From Perna viridis (taxonomy: Eukaryota), in the NCBI GenBank assembly GCA_037379345.1, contig CM074514.1:13392001-13456000 (forward strand): DNA of 64,000 nt. Reading direction: 5' to 3'. Numbering within the stretch: position 1 is the stretch's first letter; the number at the start of each line of letters is the position of its first letter. Positions 52,201-62,869 of this stretch are shown here, in pieces. The notes under the pieces are model-generated. The model worked only from the letters and a program-made list of their open reading frames with translations, was not told the origin of the DNA and searched no databases. Made by a program: the position numbers and the translations under genes.

Positions 52201-55200
52201 GAACAACTCTGACTCCACTAAATACTGGAAGCATGGACCAGGTGCACCGGTAGGGTAAGCGTCCTCTGCTTTTCTACAGCCGCCGAATTGCTCATAAAAA
52301 GTTAAATCCGGGGTAGACGAAGAGGAAAGGAAAACTAAGACACGTTGAGCAAATCTGTTTTCATGGTGCAGACGGATATATCGTAACGATTCACGAGTTC
52401 ATGATGACGACCATAAAACTTCTGAAGTGAAAACTTTAAATTTATAGAAACATAATCCTGTTCCAGAAGCCTAATTGTAAGAAGTCTAGCGCGATACAAA
52501 AATTCTGCGTAGTTACGTCAAGTATGACATAACGTATGGGCTGTGATATGTTGCCACAGGTGAAAGGAAAGTTGACAATACGGAGTGAAAAGTCATCCTG
52601 TTTGTCGTATAATTTGGTCAATAGTTTTCCTTAACCATCGATATCTAAGTGTAGGTCAAGATATGAGGCTGACTTCACAGTGTCTACAATATCCTTCATC
52701 TCAAGTTCTTTGGGATAGATAAGATGTACCAAATCCCCGAAACTAGGATTTTGAACGATAATACGTCATCTATATAGCGGAAACTGAGTTTAAAGGACAT
52801 AGAAAAACGATGTTCCTTCTTTTGGATCAGATCAGCTATTAAGTCAGCTTCATAGGAGTGAAGGAATAGGTCAGCAAGTAGAGGAGTACAATTTGTACCA
52901 ATTGGAATGACGACCATTTGTTGAAAGACGCATTCACCACACTGGACAAATATGTTGTCGGTATATCTTAAAGACGACTTGGATTTTGTTTTACTGAGTA
53001 TGAGGAATCTGTACCTAGAACTACATATTAGTATCGAGGTGTACCGTCTTTTTTCACAAATGCCATAATCGTTCACCTTTTCCTATTTGCTTATAATATG
53101 AATATTTTAGACGAAGTGTGATTTTTAGAAAACTATCATTCGTAATCTAAATACCATCTCTTTATATTGACATCCTTGTCAACTTACCATCATCGTTTAA
53201 CACTATTATTTGAGTAATAGCTCTCTTTCCAACAACTCCAGGCTCACTAGGGTCGACGGATATCTTTGCGAAGAAAACTTCATCCTCCTCCCAAATATCA
53301 TCATCTACAATATCTATCTCAATATAGTTTATGCTTTCTCCTGGTTCGAACACTAAAGTTTGTTTGAATTCAATATAATCTTCCACGGCTACTGCTGTTC
53401 CGTCGAAAGTTTCAACTCTGAAAACAAATTCAAATATTAACAGAAATAAAAAAGATAAAAAGATACACATTTGTTCTCGAAATGATAAAGTCGCAAGTAA
53501 TTGTTTCTATATAGCTTTTATTTTCCCATATGAATTACTTATATTATTATTTTCTACAGTCTTTGGACATATAGCTACATAAAATATGTCCAAAAAATGT
53601 ATGGTTGCAATAATGACAACACGGATTTATATTAGGAATCATTATCTACTATGATGACATACTGCCTGCTTTTAATTTTCCTATCTAATCTTTTCGTCTG
53701 GAAACAACTTGAGATTTTCTTAAACACAGAGGATGTATACCTAACCTGTGCACATTTTCTAGGTTGGTTTCAAAACTCCATTGCTTTTAATGCCCATTAT
53801 TTAGATGTATTAGTTATCTCTTTTCTTATGGTTTGCGACCACTGATACTTCCACTAAATACCTTAATTGTGATTTCTTTTAATTCTACTTTTAAGTACAA
53901 ATGATTTCAAATTTAAAATGCAATGGTAAAGGATACCTGTATTGTACTCTTCTTTTAATGTTGCCATGTCTCATTATTCCAATTTTTACTCTCTTGTCAC
54001 ATTCAAGGATGGAAGTTGATGGCGCTGCAAACTCAATAATTGCTTTTTCTCCTCCTTGGCTCATTTCAGTCAACGAAACTTGGGAACCCATTTCATCGAC
54101 AGTTAGAAGCGATCTCAAAAGCTAAAACAGACAGGTGAAAACTCAAGATAGGTACCCAAAGGAAGTAGGTCTATAAATCAAAATGAATGGATCAGTAAAG
54201 TTGGGGTGTATGCCTAATGCTATTTTTTTCAGGTTAGAACAAGAACTAGTTATACACGGTAATTTTTATAACTTTTTTGTTAAAACAAACTTAATTTCAC
54301 TGGCAAACAACCAAGACAGACAACTAAAACCTTTAAAATGATTCTATAATTAAAATTGAAAACATTCAAAATCTAGGCCGTAATTTTGTTAATTCCTTCA
54401 CCTCTTCTGTCTAAACATTCATAAGCGGATTCAGCTTATGATTACCGAAAAAGGTTTATTCGCGGTATTTGTCACTTCATGGCCACCAGTGAAGGTTCAG
54501 TTGCATTTACAGCATTACTTCTTACCTCCTCTGTCTTATTATCAATATCACAAGTCAGTTTATGACCACCACTAAGAGTCTTGGTGGCGTTAATAATATC
54601 GTATACCTCTTCTAGTATGAGGGCTCAGATGACATCGTTTAATATTGTACAAGCCGTATATTGTATAGCATAAACTCCTACCTTTTCTGTTCTATCATTC
54701 ATGAAAGGAGTCAGCTTATGATTACCGATGAGGGTTCAGATGGCATAAATTCCTACCTCTTTTCCCTATCATTCATAGGAGGAGTTCCTTTGTGACCACC
54801 AGTAAGAGAACTTAATTGCGTATTTTTTTTTTTGGAGGAGTCAATTTAAGACCGCCAGTAAAAGACTTATAAGTGTTTTAACATCTTCTGTCATGGCATT
54901 TATTGGATATGCAAGTTTATGCTCACAAGTATGATCCCAATAGGCATTAATTTTATTGTTTTTGTTTACCATTTCTGTCCTATTACTCAATAGAAGAGTC
55001 ACTTGATGACCATCACTTGCAGTATTATTGCGTTAATAATAGTGTTCTTCTGTCCAGTCATTCGCGGATGTTGTCAGTTTATGGCCACCAGTGAAGGCTC
55101 AGATGCATATATAGCATTAATTCTTACCACCCCTGTCCCATCACTAATGTTGTAAGTCAGTTTATGACCACCACTAAGACCTCTGGCGGTGCTAATGATA

Positions 55201-58200
55201 TTGTTTATCTCTTCTATTCTGTCATTCACGAGAGTAGTGAGGGTTGAGATAACATTGTTTTGCATACACTCTTACCTTTTCTGTTCTATCATTCATGAGA
55301 GGAGTAAGCTAATGGTCACCACTAAAAGTCCTACTGGCGTTTAACATATTGTTTACTTCTTCTGCCCAGTCATTCATGGGAGGAGTGAGGACGCAGATGA
55401 CATTTACAGCATAATTTGACCTCTATTCATAAGAAGAGTCCACCATCACCGCTAACACTATTACTACGTTAATAATAGCGCTTCTTCTGTCCAGTTAATT
55501 AATTGCCAACAGTGAATGCTCAGATGAACTTTAAAGCATAAATTCTTACCTCTTCTGTTCTATCATTCATGGGAGGAGTCAGTTTGTGACCACCTGTAAG
55601 AGCCCTGATGGCATTAATTCTGTACCATCCTCTACTGTGCTCTTTGTTTTCTTCCATTAGTCGAGCTGTAAGTGTAGCAACTTCTTTTTCTCCAATATTG
55701 GATCTATGTTGCATTCTCTGAAAACGCATTTATAATGTTCTTGTACAAAACAAACACTTGTCCGTTACAAAGCAGTTAAACCAAGACAATAGTAATATCA
55801 AACAAAGACATGAACATTTCTACTAATTCGCAGTTTATTTGTAGGTTTATTACTTCTAAGGTGTAGAGCAATCAATTCAAAGATATTTGTTACCTCACAG
55901 GTAAGAGAGGTTGAAAGTTTTTGGTGAATGTTATTGTTAAAATCTTACTCTTAACATCTCCTGTATAATCTGTCGGTCTGCTTTCTGTTTTTCAAGTAAA
56001 TTCTGAGTTTCATCTCCTACAAAGTAACACATTAATCACAATTATTAAGGCTCTAAATGGTTCAATTGGTGATTTCTAGAACAGAATAATTGGTAAAATT
56101 TCAGATTGAGGCTTCGTGATCTCAATACAGTTAAAGAGATATGTTTGCATTTGAAAGCTAGGAAGATACGGCATGTATATGCTTAAAACGAAAGGGGTGA
56201 ATCAATTAAAAACGAAATAAGTATATAATAAGTACAGTGTGGTTGGTTGTAAGTGAGTATTAAAACAAAATGGTGTCGTTGAATATGGGTCATAAATCCA
56301 AAATCATTTTAAGGACCAAGAAATCGATGAGAGCATGGCCAAACATAGCAACATAGAAAACTTTGATTATTAGTTTCATGTTGACAATATACTCTAGCTG
56401 TTCTACTTTTCAGAATATGTGCACTGGCATTGACATCGCAGCCCAAATCTAGCATTTAACTTTCCAAATGCACCTAGTTTTGGTGGGTGTGTAAACGTAC
56501 CATTAGCAACAGACCTAACAAGCGCTATTTCAAAAGACCATTTAAAATTACAACAGTTTACTTGAAAGTGTATTTACATACAGAGAGAATAAATTTGTCC
56601 ATTTAAACTACATGTATACTATAAACCCCAATATTTCGTCGCAAGCTGAAAATATTAATATAAACAAGTTGCATGCATGAACATTTCAACGGAATATATG
56701 GGGCATCTTTTTAACAGATTATTGAATGTTTGTTTTATACTGAGAAATTAGATGATGACCTGTATAGCTAAAGTAACTTAAAAACACACAAATCGTGTGT
56801 GATATGATTTATCAGTAAACAATGGAGAGTATTTTGATATGAAAGATGGATATCCCTCCAGTCCATGTTAGATGTTCCTAGTTTTAGACGAGTCCGGGTT
56901 CAATCACTCTAACTTTTTGTGTGTTTGCTACATATACATTGTTGTTTAGGTCAATTTTTATAACTGTTCTTTGGGTTTTTACATCTACTTCTGAGCAATC
57001 TGTCGCTTCAATTTTCAAATTCTATGACACTTTTTTTCTTAGAAACTTGAATGTGTCCTCTTATAAAAAGACAAACAAAACTGGCTACACGATTTCATAT
57101 AAACAAATGTAGACATTTATAGAATAAAAAAACTACCTGGATTTTATATATATATATACATTATTGGCCTCTGACTTGCTATGAAACTAGCTTAATATTT
57201 AGAATTACTAAATTTACCTTAGTAAATTGTGTAATCCTTCAATAAAGAGATATCAAAGTTTAAAACGAAAAACATGCTATTTGTTCAATGCACACTGTTA
57301 ATATATCGGAAACTTAAGAAACCAGTGGCAGACCCAGAAGAGTGTTCAGGTGATTGGAACCCAAATTTGTTGTGAGTTTGTCAATTTTATGCTAATATGG
57401 GGAAAATTTGACGAATAATAGCCTGGACACCCCACTGCCACCCTCACCCTCAAATGAAAATAAATTCTGGCTTGCACTCCCCCTTTTGTTTATAAATTTC
57501 AGCTTTGCATTTTCTTTCATTTGGTACAGGACAAATAATGGCTCTCGATTCTGACGGAAAACGGTTGAGTTATGTTAAAGTTTAAAATTTCCATATAATT
57601 CAAACTTAAATACTTCAATCGTACAGGGTTTATTAAATTTCATTAACAACAAATAAGGACTGTGTGTTTGTATTGTTTTGTTGGGGTATCTTGGTGATTC
57701 ACAATTACAATAAATTAAATATACAAATAAAATACAACAAACTAACAACGAATTTGAAAACGAGAAAAAATAAAATAAAAAAAAATTAAGTGAAATTCTA
57801 CGACATAAACAATGGTGCATATATTTCAAACCTTTTGTGGTAAAATCTCCATCAAGTGCTTTTGTAGAAGAAAAAATAAAAAAAATATTAAGCATGCTTT
57901 GTAAAACGGCATTAAATCAGCCTTTCATTTATAGAAAGTGTAATGCACATTCAATGAGCGAACCAGCACGAAATATGTTTAAATGTTTAAATGAAATTTG
58001 TGAAACCTACAGTCAAAATAATACAATTTTGTTGGTTATGCGAAAGTAATTTATTTCAAGCAATTGTATATTTTCTGTACTGCTTAGGTAAGAGTTGTGT
58101 CCCCTTCTTTACCTACCCATTTCAAGTCCAGCATCTTGCACACTCCCTTTTCCACAGAAATCTTTATCTATTATATAGGCGATGAGAACCAGGATGGGGA

Positions 58201-58798
58201 AGAACAGAAAGGTCAGAACTGCCTCCCAGACGTCAATGTAATCAGGAGTTATTGCTACTAATACCACCAAAATCCACAAATATGCTAACGTAGAGAAAAC
58301 AGCAGTCACTAAAAATACTTTAAATTTGTCTATCCTTCTGCTCTCTCCTTTTGTAACAGATATAACGCATACGCCGGTAATACACATTAAATTAAAAGCT
58401 GCCGAACCGACAATGGTCCCTGGACCAAGTTCGCCAGCTTTGAAATTGTTGCCAACTACTTCTATAATAGAAAGTAAAATTTCTGGCGCACTCGACCCAA
58501 GCGCCATTAAAGTCAAGTTGGCAACAGTACCATTCCACATTTTGATTTCGACTTCTGTATAACCAGTTTCAGATTCTGCATCTGGAACTTGAAGTTTCTG
58601 TGTTTTACTAGTAATTGCTTCAATACCCTGCATGAAAATATCTGCGATAATAGAAACGCCCATGAAACTCCATAATAGTCCAATTATGTAGATGGTAACT
58701 CTTGCTTCTTTTGGCCATGTGTATTCGTTTACAAAGGGCATCAACAAACCCTTATCGGAACAGAGATATTCTTCGCACACAGTGCAATTTGTTGCCAT
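49042..58798 (-). CDS. SLC8A: Gene A: complete Na+/Ca2+ exchanger (NCX/SLC8/Calx family), 10 coding exons: 58798-58117, 56016-55949, 55717-55550, 54121-53937, 53417-53188, 52007-51772, 51176-51068, 50752-50574, 50131-49802, 49281-49042 (808 aa)
   Basis: All introns are GT-AG with consistent phases (1,0,0,2,1,0,1,0,0). Exon lengths sum to 2427 nt = 808 codons plus TAG. Motifs: alpha-1 ALGSSAPE...GTIVGSAAFN, alpha-2 ALGTSLPD...NVTGSNAVN, two Calx-beta domains. The symbol is family-level only. Confidence 0.95.
49802..50131 (-). CDS. SLC8A: Gene A exon 9 (alpha-2 repeat)
   Basis: VIFALVPP...IGDLASIFGC...AITFVALGTSLPDLFAS...NVTGSNAVNVF. Confidence 0.96.
50574..50752 (-). CDS. SLC8A: Gene A exon 8
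   Basis: EFKGFVARVTDLTNAN...TWGKQFQDAM...DYLLHFFTFGWK matches the NCX SWREQF...DYVMHFLTVFWK region. Confidence 0.93.
51068..51176 (-). CDS. SLC8A: Gene A exon 7 (CBD2, second part); not in the ORF track
   Basis: EFEKDENFEVRLTGVEGNCELDKRKTRCVVTIVNDD; ttttag acceptor and GTAAGT donor; phases fit. Confidence 0.9.
51772..52007 (-). CDS. SLC8A: Gene A exon 6 (CBD2, first part)
   Basis: FPKPAFVYKESVG...AVKGRDY...FEKGEVSKMIEICIKDDM; tttacag acceptor and GTAAGC donor. Confidence 0.92.
52066..52960 (-). mobile_element. 5'-truncated Penelope-like (Naiad-type) copy in the intron between gene A coding exons 5 and 6, sense to the gene
   Basis: IPIGTNCTPLLADLFL..YE, FRYIDDVL, SASYLDL, plus the same 3' tail. 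Confidence 0.88.
53188..53417 (-). CDS. SLC8A: Gene A exon 5 (CBD1 core)
   Basis: TFDGTAVAVEDY...IVDDDIWEEDEVF...IIVLNDD Calx-beta acidic motifs; tttcag acceptor and GTAAGT donor. Confidence 0.93.
53937..54121 (-). CDS. SLC8A: Gene A exon 4 (start of CBD1)
   Basis: LLRSLL...IIEFAAPSTSILECDKRVKIGIMRHG; ttttag acceptor and AG|GTATCC donor. Confidence 0.9.
54391..55620 (-). repeat. Degenerate tandem array (~75-81-nt unit, at least 12 copies) derived from the 3' end and splice donor of gene A exon 3
   Basis: Recurring gtcagtttatgaccacc (GGHKLT on the minus strand) and cttacctcttctgttctatcattcat motifs, e.g. at 54431, 54471, 54554, 54710, 54784, 54840, 54998, 55073, 55156, 55304, versus the exon copy at 55578. 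Confidence 0.9.
55550..55717 (-). CDS. SLC8A: Gene A exon 3 (cytoplasmic helical region, HSRGWYRINAIRALTGG)
   Basis: Matches the NCX1 KSRAFYRIQATRLMTG motif; tttcag acceptor and GAG|GTAAGA donor; 168 nt. Confidence 0.92.
55949..56016 (-). CDS. SLC8A: Gene A exon 2 (68 nt, (G)DETQNLLEKQKADRQIIQEMLR); not in the ORF track
   Basis: ctttgtag acceptor and GTAAGA donor. It bridges phase 1 (exon 1) to phase 0 (exon 3) exactly and aligns with the start of gene B exon 2. Confidence 0.85.
58117..58798 (-). CDS. SLC8A: Gene A coding exon 1 (TM1-5, alpha-1 repeat); exon begins at 58813
   Basis: ORF 58109-58798 MATNCT...WNGTVANLTLMALGSSAPEILLSIIEV...; acceptor tttctag before 58813; in-frame TAA upstream of the ATG; donor G|GTAGGT, phase 1. 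Confidence 0.95.
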
Positions 58799-60378
58799 TT
58801 TGTAGTATTAGTCCTAGAAAGAATAAAATAAAATAAATAGAGATAGTCATACTTAAAAGTTTATTAATTTTAATTTAATGTTAAAAACAATACTTAAATA
58901 ACCTTTGATGTGTGTCAAACATCTATGTCAACCAACGTTCATTTAATCCGTCACTACTTTCGCTACATATACTTGTAGATATCATTAAGATCAAGGTTTG
59001 TACGGTAGTTCAATACTTTACCTTTATAACTGTTATAGAGCATAACAGGCGATATTCATTTAGGTAAAAATCAATGCATGTATGTTTGTTAATTAATTTG
59101 CGTATTTGTGGATTATTTATGGATTAAATGTGGATTGGCTATAAATAAATGTAATAAATGTTCCTGTATGTAATCCGTTTAGTAGACTCGGCTTGTACAA
59201 TATTAAACGATGTCTGAAAAATACTAAATCTTAATATATTGTAATACTCCGCTTATAATTCAGACTATGCAACAAAATCTCTGTCAGTCTATTCATCTAT
59301 CTGACAAAAACTCCAGAAATGAAGGCGTTAAAGAGATCTTTAGAATTAAAGTAATACAAGGTCTAGCGATCCTATTCTTTCGAAGGCGAGTAGAAGAACG
59401 TGCTTACGAATTAAAGGCGACCCATAATTTGTACGTTCGACAGTTTTATATTCCTTGCAAAAAGGCTATATTTTTTTTTAAGAAAACGGTTACTATTTAT
59501 CGATAATGTGATATTTCCGGAGAATATAACCTTTGACTCAAATACTTAAAGGTTAAGCCGAGGGTTTTAAATTGGCATAATATTTAAAGTTTTTCAAATA
59601 TGGTTCGATAAAGCAGAACAATCATTGCATTATCATAATAATAAACGCTTGTACATCCGAGTATAAATAATTTATTGGTCACAGTTGTTCGCAATGAAAA
59701 GCGAAAAGCTTGGTGTACGATTTAATTTAGATTTGATGTGTTTAATCTAAGTTTCGTTAGGGACTTTAATGTGATGTAATGAAAAAAGATGTTTCATCAA
59801 ATGACTTAGTAGTAAAGGCAACCGATTTGAAACCCTTTTCAGAAAATGCTCATCCTGTAGGTTTTTGAGGGAAATGGCCTATGTAAAACTAGACTGAACT
59901 GTATGCCATTGGGATTTTTTTAAATCTAAGATAATTTCAAACATGAAATTATGTGTATTATGTGGTAAATCTTGGAAACTACCACTGGTGGTTCATTTAT
60001 TCCAATTCTAAGTTACCTTACAAGAATAGTTGCGAAATAAGACACGAACGGATGATACAATGTGTCTTGGTGCAATTAAAGATAACATAAAGGAATAGGT
60101 AGCAAAAATAAATTTTTGAGATAAATACCTAACGGCCCTCTCTAAATATCCTCTTTTTAAAAATTTCTTTAAATTCAACTATTATGATATTGAATCCGTG
60201 TTACTAATGCCTCGTATCAAATATGTGAAGATAAACAGTAGAAGCATCTAATTCATTTGGAAATTATTCAAATACATCAAGTTTTATGAAAAATCGTCAA
60301 TAAAAGTCCATCAAAATTATATTCAATCATTATCAACAAAAGTTAATAGCGCGAATTTAATTTAAAATTTTGTCTTAC

Positions 60379-60480
60379 CTTTTAAGATTTTAACCAGATA
60401 GTATAAATGATGAACGGGATCAGGTAGCCATAGCGGGGAATACAATACCTGTGTGTTTGCCTGTCGTCAAAACACAATTC
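60379..60480 (-). other. Candidate first (non-coding) exon of gene A
   Basis: Strong AAG|GTAAGA donor at 60377-60378 next to a slightly GC-richer patch; the 5' boundary is a guess. Confidence 0.3.
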
Positions 60481-61009
60481 ATTGACGTATTTAACAAAGT
60501 AAGAAAGATAACTCAGAGGAGTGTTGTTGCTTGCTATTAAGTTATAGAAACCCTTTTACCCCGAAGATATTCGGTATTTAGCAATAACCATATACATGAT
60601 AAAAGGCAATTATCATATATGTATTTTTTTTTATTCAGCCTGACGCTCAGAATATACTCAATACTTCCATATAAGGAACCAAAGGCATACCAATAAATAC
60701 CTAACTCGCAAACTTATCAGTTATGTTATTATACTACTTAACCTAATTTAGTAACTTATTTAATCCACATTTTTACTGATTGTCCCAGTTAAAACATCAT
60801 AGGCCAAAACCTCCTAGAAATGTTAGTTGTTTTACTTAACAAATTTGAAACAATTTGAAAAGCCAAAACATCTATCTTTTGATGAAAATGTTGCAAACAT
60901 GCGATATTAATGGTAGGTTTTAGACATTAACTGAACGAGGGAACATACAATTTGAAATTAGAATTGCTTGTTTACGTATGTATGAACCCAATTTTTTTCT
61001 TTTTTTTTC

Positions 61010-61045
61010 TTAAAATTGGGACCGAAGGTGAAAAATTTCCGAATT

Positions 61046-61088
<43 letters not shown>

Positions 61089-62005
61089 TTTCAAGATATT
61101 GGCTGAAAAAAATGATAAAAACACCATTTATCGCCTTTCAAGGGCAATAACTCTAACAAGGAGTTGTCCGACATCTTTGATGCTTACAGACTTTTGTAAG
61201 CCTTATCATAAGGATCATTTCAGTATATGGGTTTCTTTCTATCTATCATAATTTTCAAGATATTGGCTGAAAACTGTAAAAAAAAAAAAAAACAAAACAA
61301 AACAAAACGACATTTTTTTTCAAATTCCCAGGACAATAACTCTAACAAGGAGTCGTCCGACAATTTTAATCCAATGCAGACTTTTGTAGTCCCTATAAAA
61401 AGGATCAGTTAGGCAGCTAAAAGAATTTGGCTTAACCTAACGGTTATGGAGATATATGAGAAAAACTTCTGACTCCTTTGTTCTATTTTTAGTAACAGCG
61501 GCCATGTTATTCGATGGATAAAAAAAATCCCCATAATAGTTCTACGCATAATACCATAAGGAACATTCATACTAAGTTTGGTTCAAATTGGTCCAGTAGT
61601 TTCAGAGGAGAAGACTTTTGAAAGATATAACGTTAAAAATAGCCGAAAAACGTAAAAAGGGCAAAAACTCCAACATGGCTTAAAGAATATATATGCAAAT
61701 TTGTCCACAGAAAAATCTCATCATTCTGAACTGACTTTTACCCTATGTCAGAACTGTACTAAACCCAAGGATTTATATATATATATAGCTCCTTGCTATA
61801 TGGGGAAAACTCGGTCTGAACCCTTTTACACGGCGGCCATGTTTTTCAACATTTCAAAAATATTCACATCAGTTCTATGCAGGATACCCTAAGGAACATT
61901 CAAACCAAGTTTGGTTCTTATCAGCCAAGTGGTAATCAAAGGAGAAGTTTTGTATAATTGTTAACGACAACGGCCGACGACGGACGCCAAGTGATGGCAA
62001 TAGAC
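61010..62005 (+). mobile_element. Helentron/HINE-like non-autonomous repeat with internal tandem subrepeats
   Basis: Repeated ttttcaagatattggctgaaaa, caataactctaacaaggagt and ccagtagtttcagaggagaag units; end gacgacggacgccaagtgatggcaatag. Family assigned from recall of bivalve HINEs. Confidence 0.6.
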
Positions 62006-62616
62006 CAGTCGGGTTAAAAAGCAGTCTGGCAAAAAATGTAACACACAGGGACTTCAACATGTTTGATTAAACCTATTGGTGACCATATTTCTTGTTTGGC
62101 TACATTTTTACAAGTGAAGAAAAACATTGTTTTAAGAACCGATCATACGAGGCTTGATAATATTTTTTTGTATTTATGATTTTATGTTCAATAATGGTGC
62201 CGTGCAATTTTATACTGCTAAAATCTGCCATAATGTTGTTTTTTTTAAACGAAGAAGTGTTTTATATAATTAATATTTTTGTTACTTTTGTTACATAGTG
62301 TCTCATAACTCTTCAAAGAGTGGCTATATTGTAGTCTTAATAAAGCATTTTATACTGTATATAGATGACTACATTAGGTTAAACTTTTTAAAAAGTTTTT
62401 GTCTTTATGATAAAAAGCTTCGCGGAGTGCAGCATACGACCACAGTAAATGACCAATCCCCCCCCACAGTTTGGAGAAGTGCGGACACATTATTAGTGTT
62501 TAACACACTTAAGCATAGGGACTTACAATTCGTTATGGACAAAACAACCGGTTGAACACTACATCACACAAAATGTGAAATTTGATTAAAAAAAAATCAA
62601 AATCAGACAAAAAATA

Positions 62617-62800
62617 ACTAGAGGCTCTAAAGAGCTTAAATCGCTCACCTGGTTCAATTAACAAATCTACTTTTGCAAAAGCAGCCAGATTTTTTTCTTT
62701 GATAAAAATTCCTAGCACACATACCAAAGGTACAATCATATCAATTTTCATTAAGTTCTATCCAGTAGTTTCTGAGGAGAATTTTTTTTTAATGTAAACT
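62617..62800 (+). mobile_element. 5' fragment of a HINE-like repeat (followed by a Penelope tail scrap to ~62868)
   Basis: actagaggctctaaagagc..atcgctcacctgg start; ccagtagtttctgaggagaa unit. Confidence 0.5.
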
Positions 62801-62869
62801 GATTTGTTCGACGTGGCATAGTTTTCTTTTCCTCTTTCCTCTACCCCGGACGACTTTTTATGAGCAACA

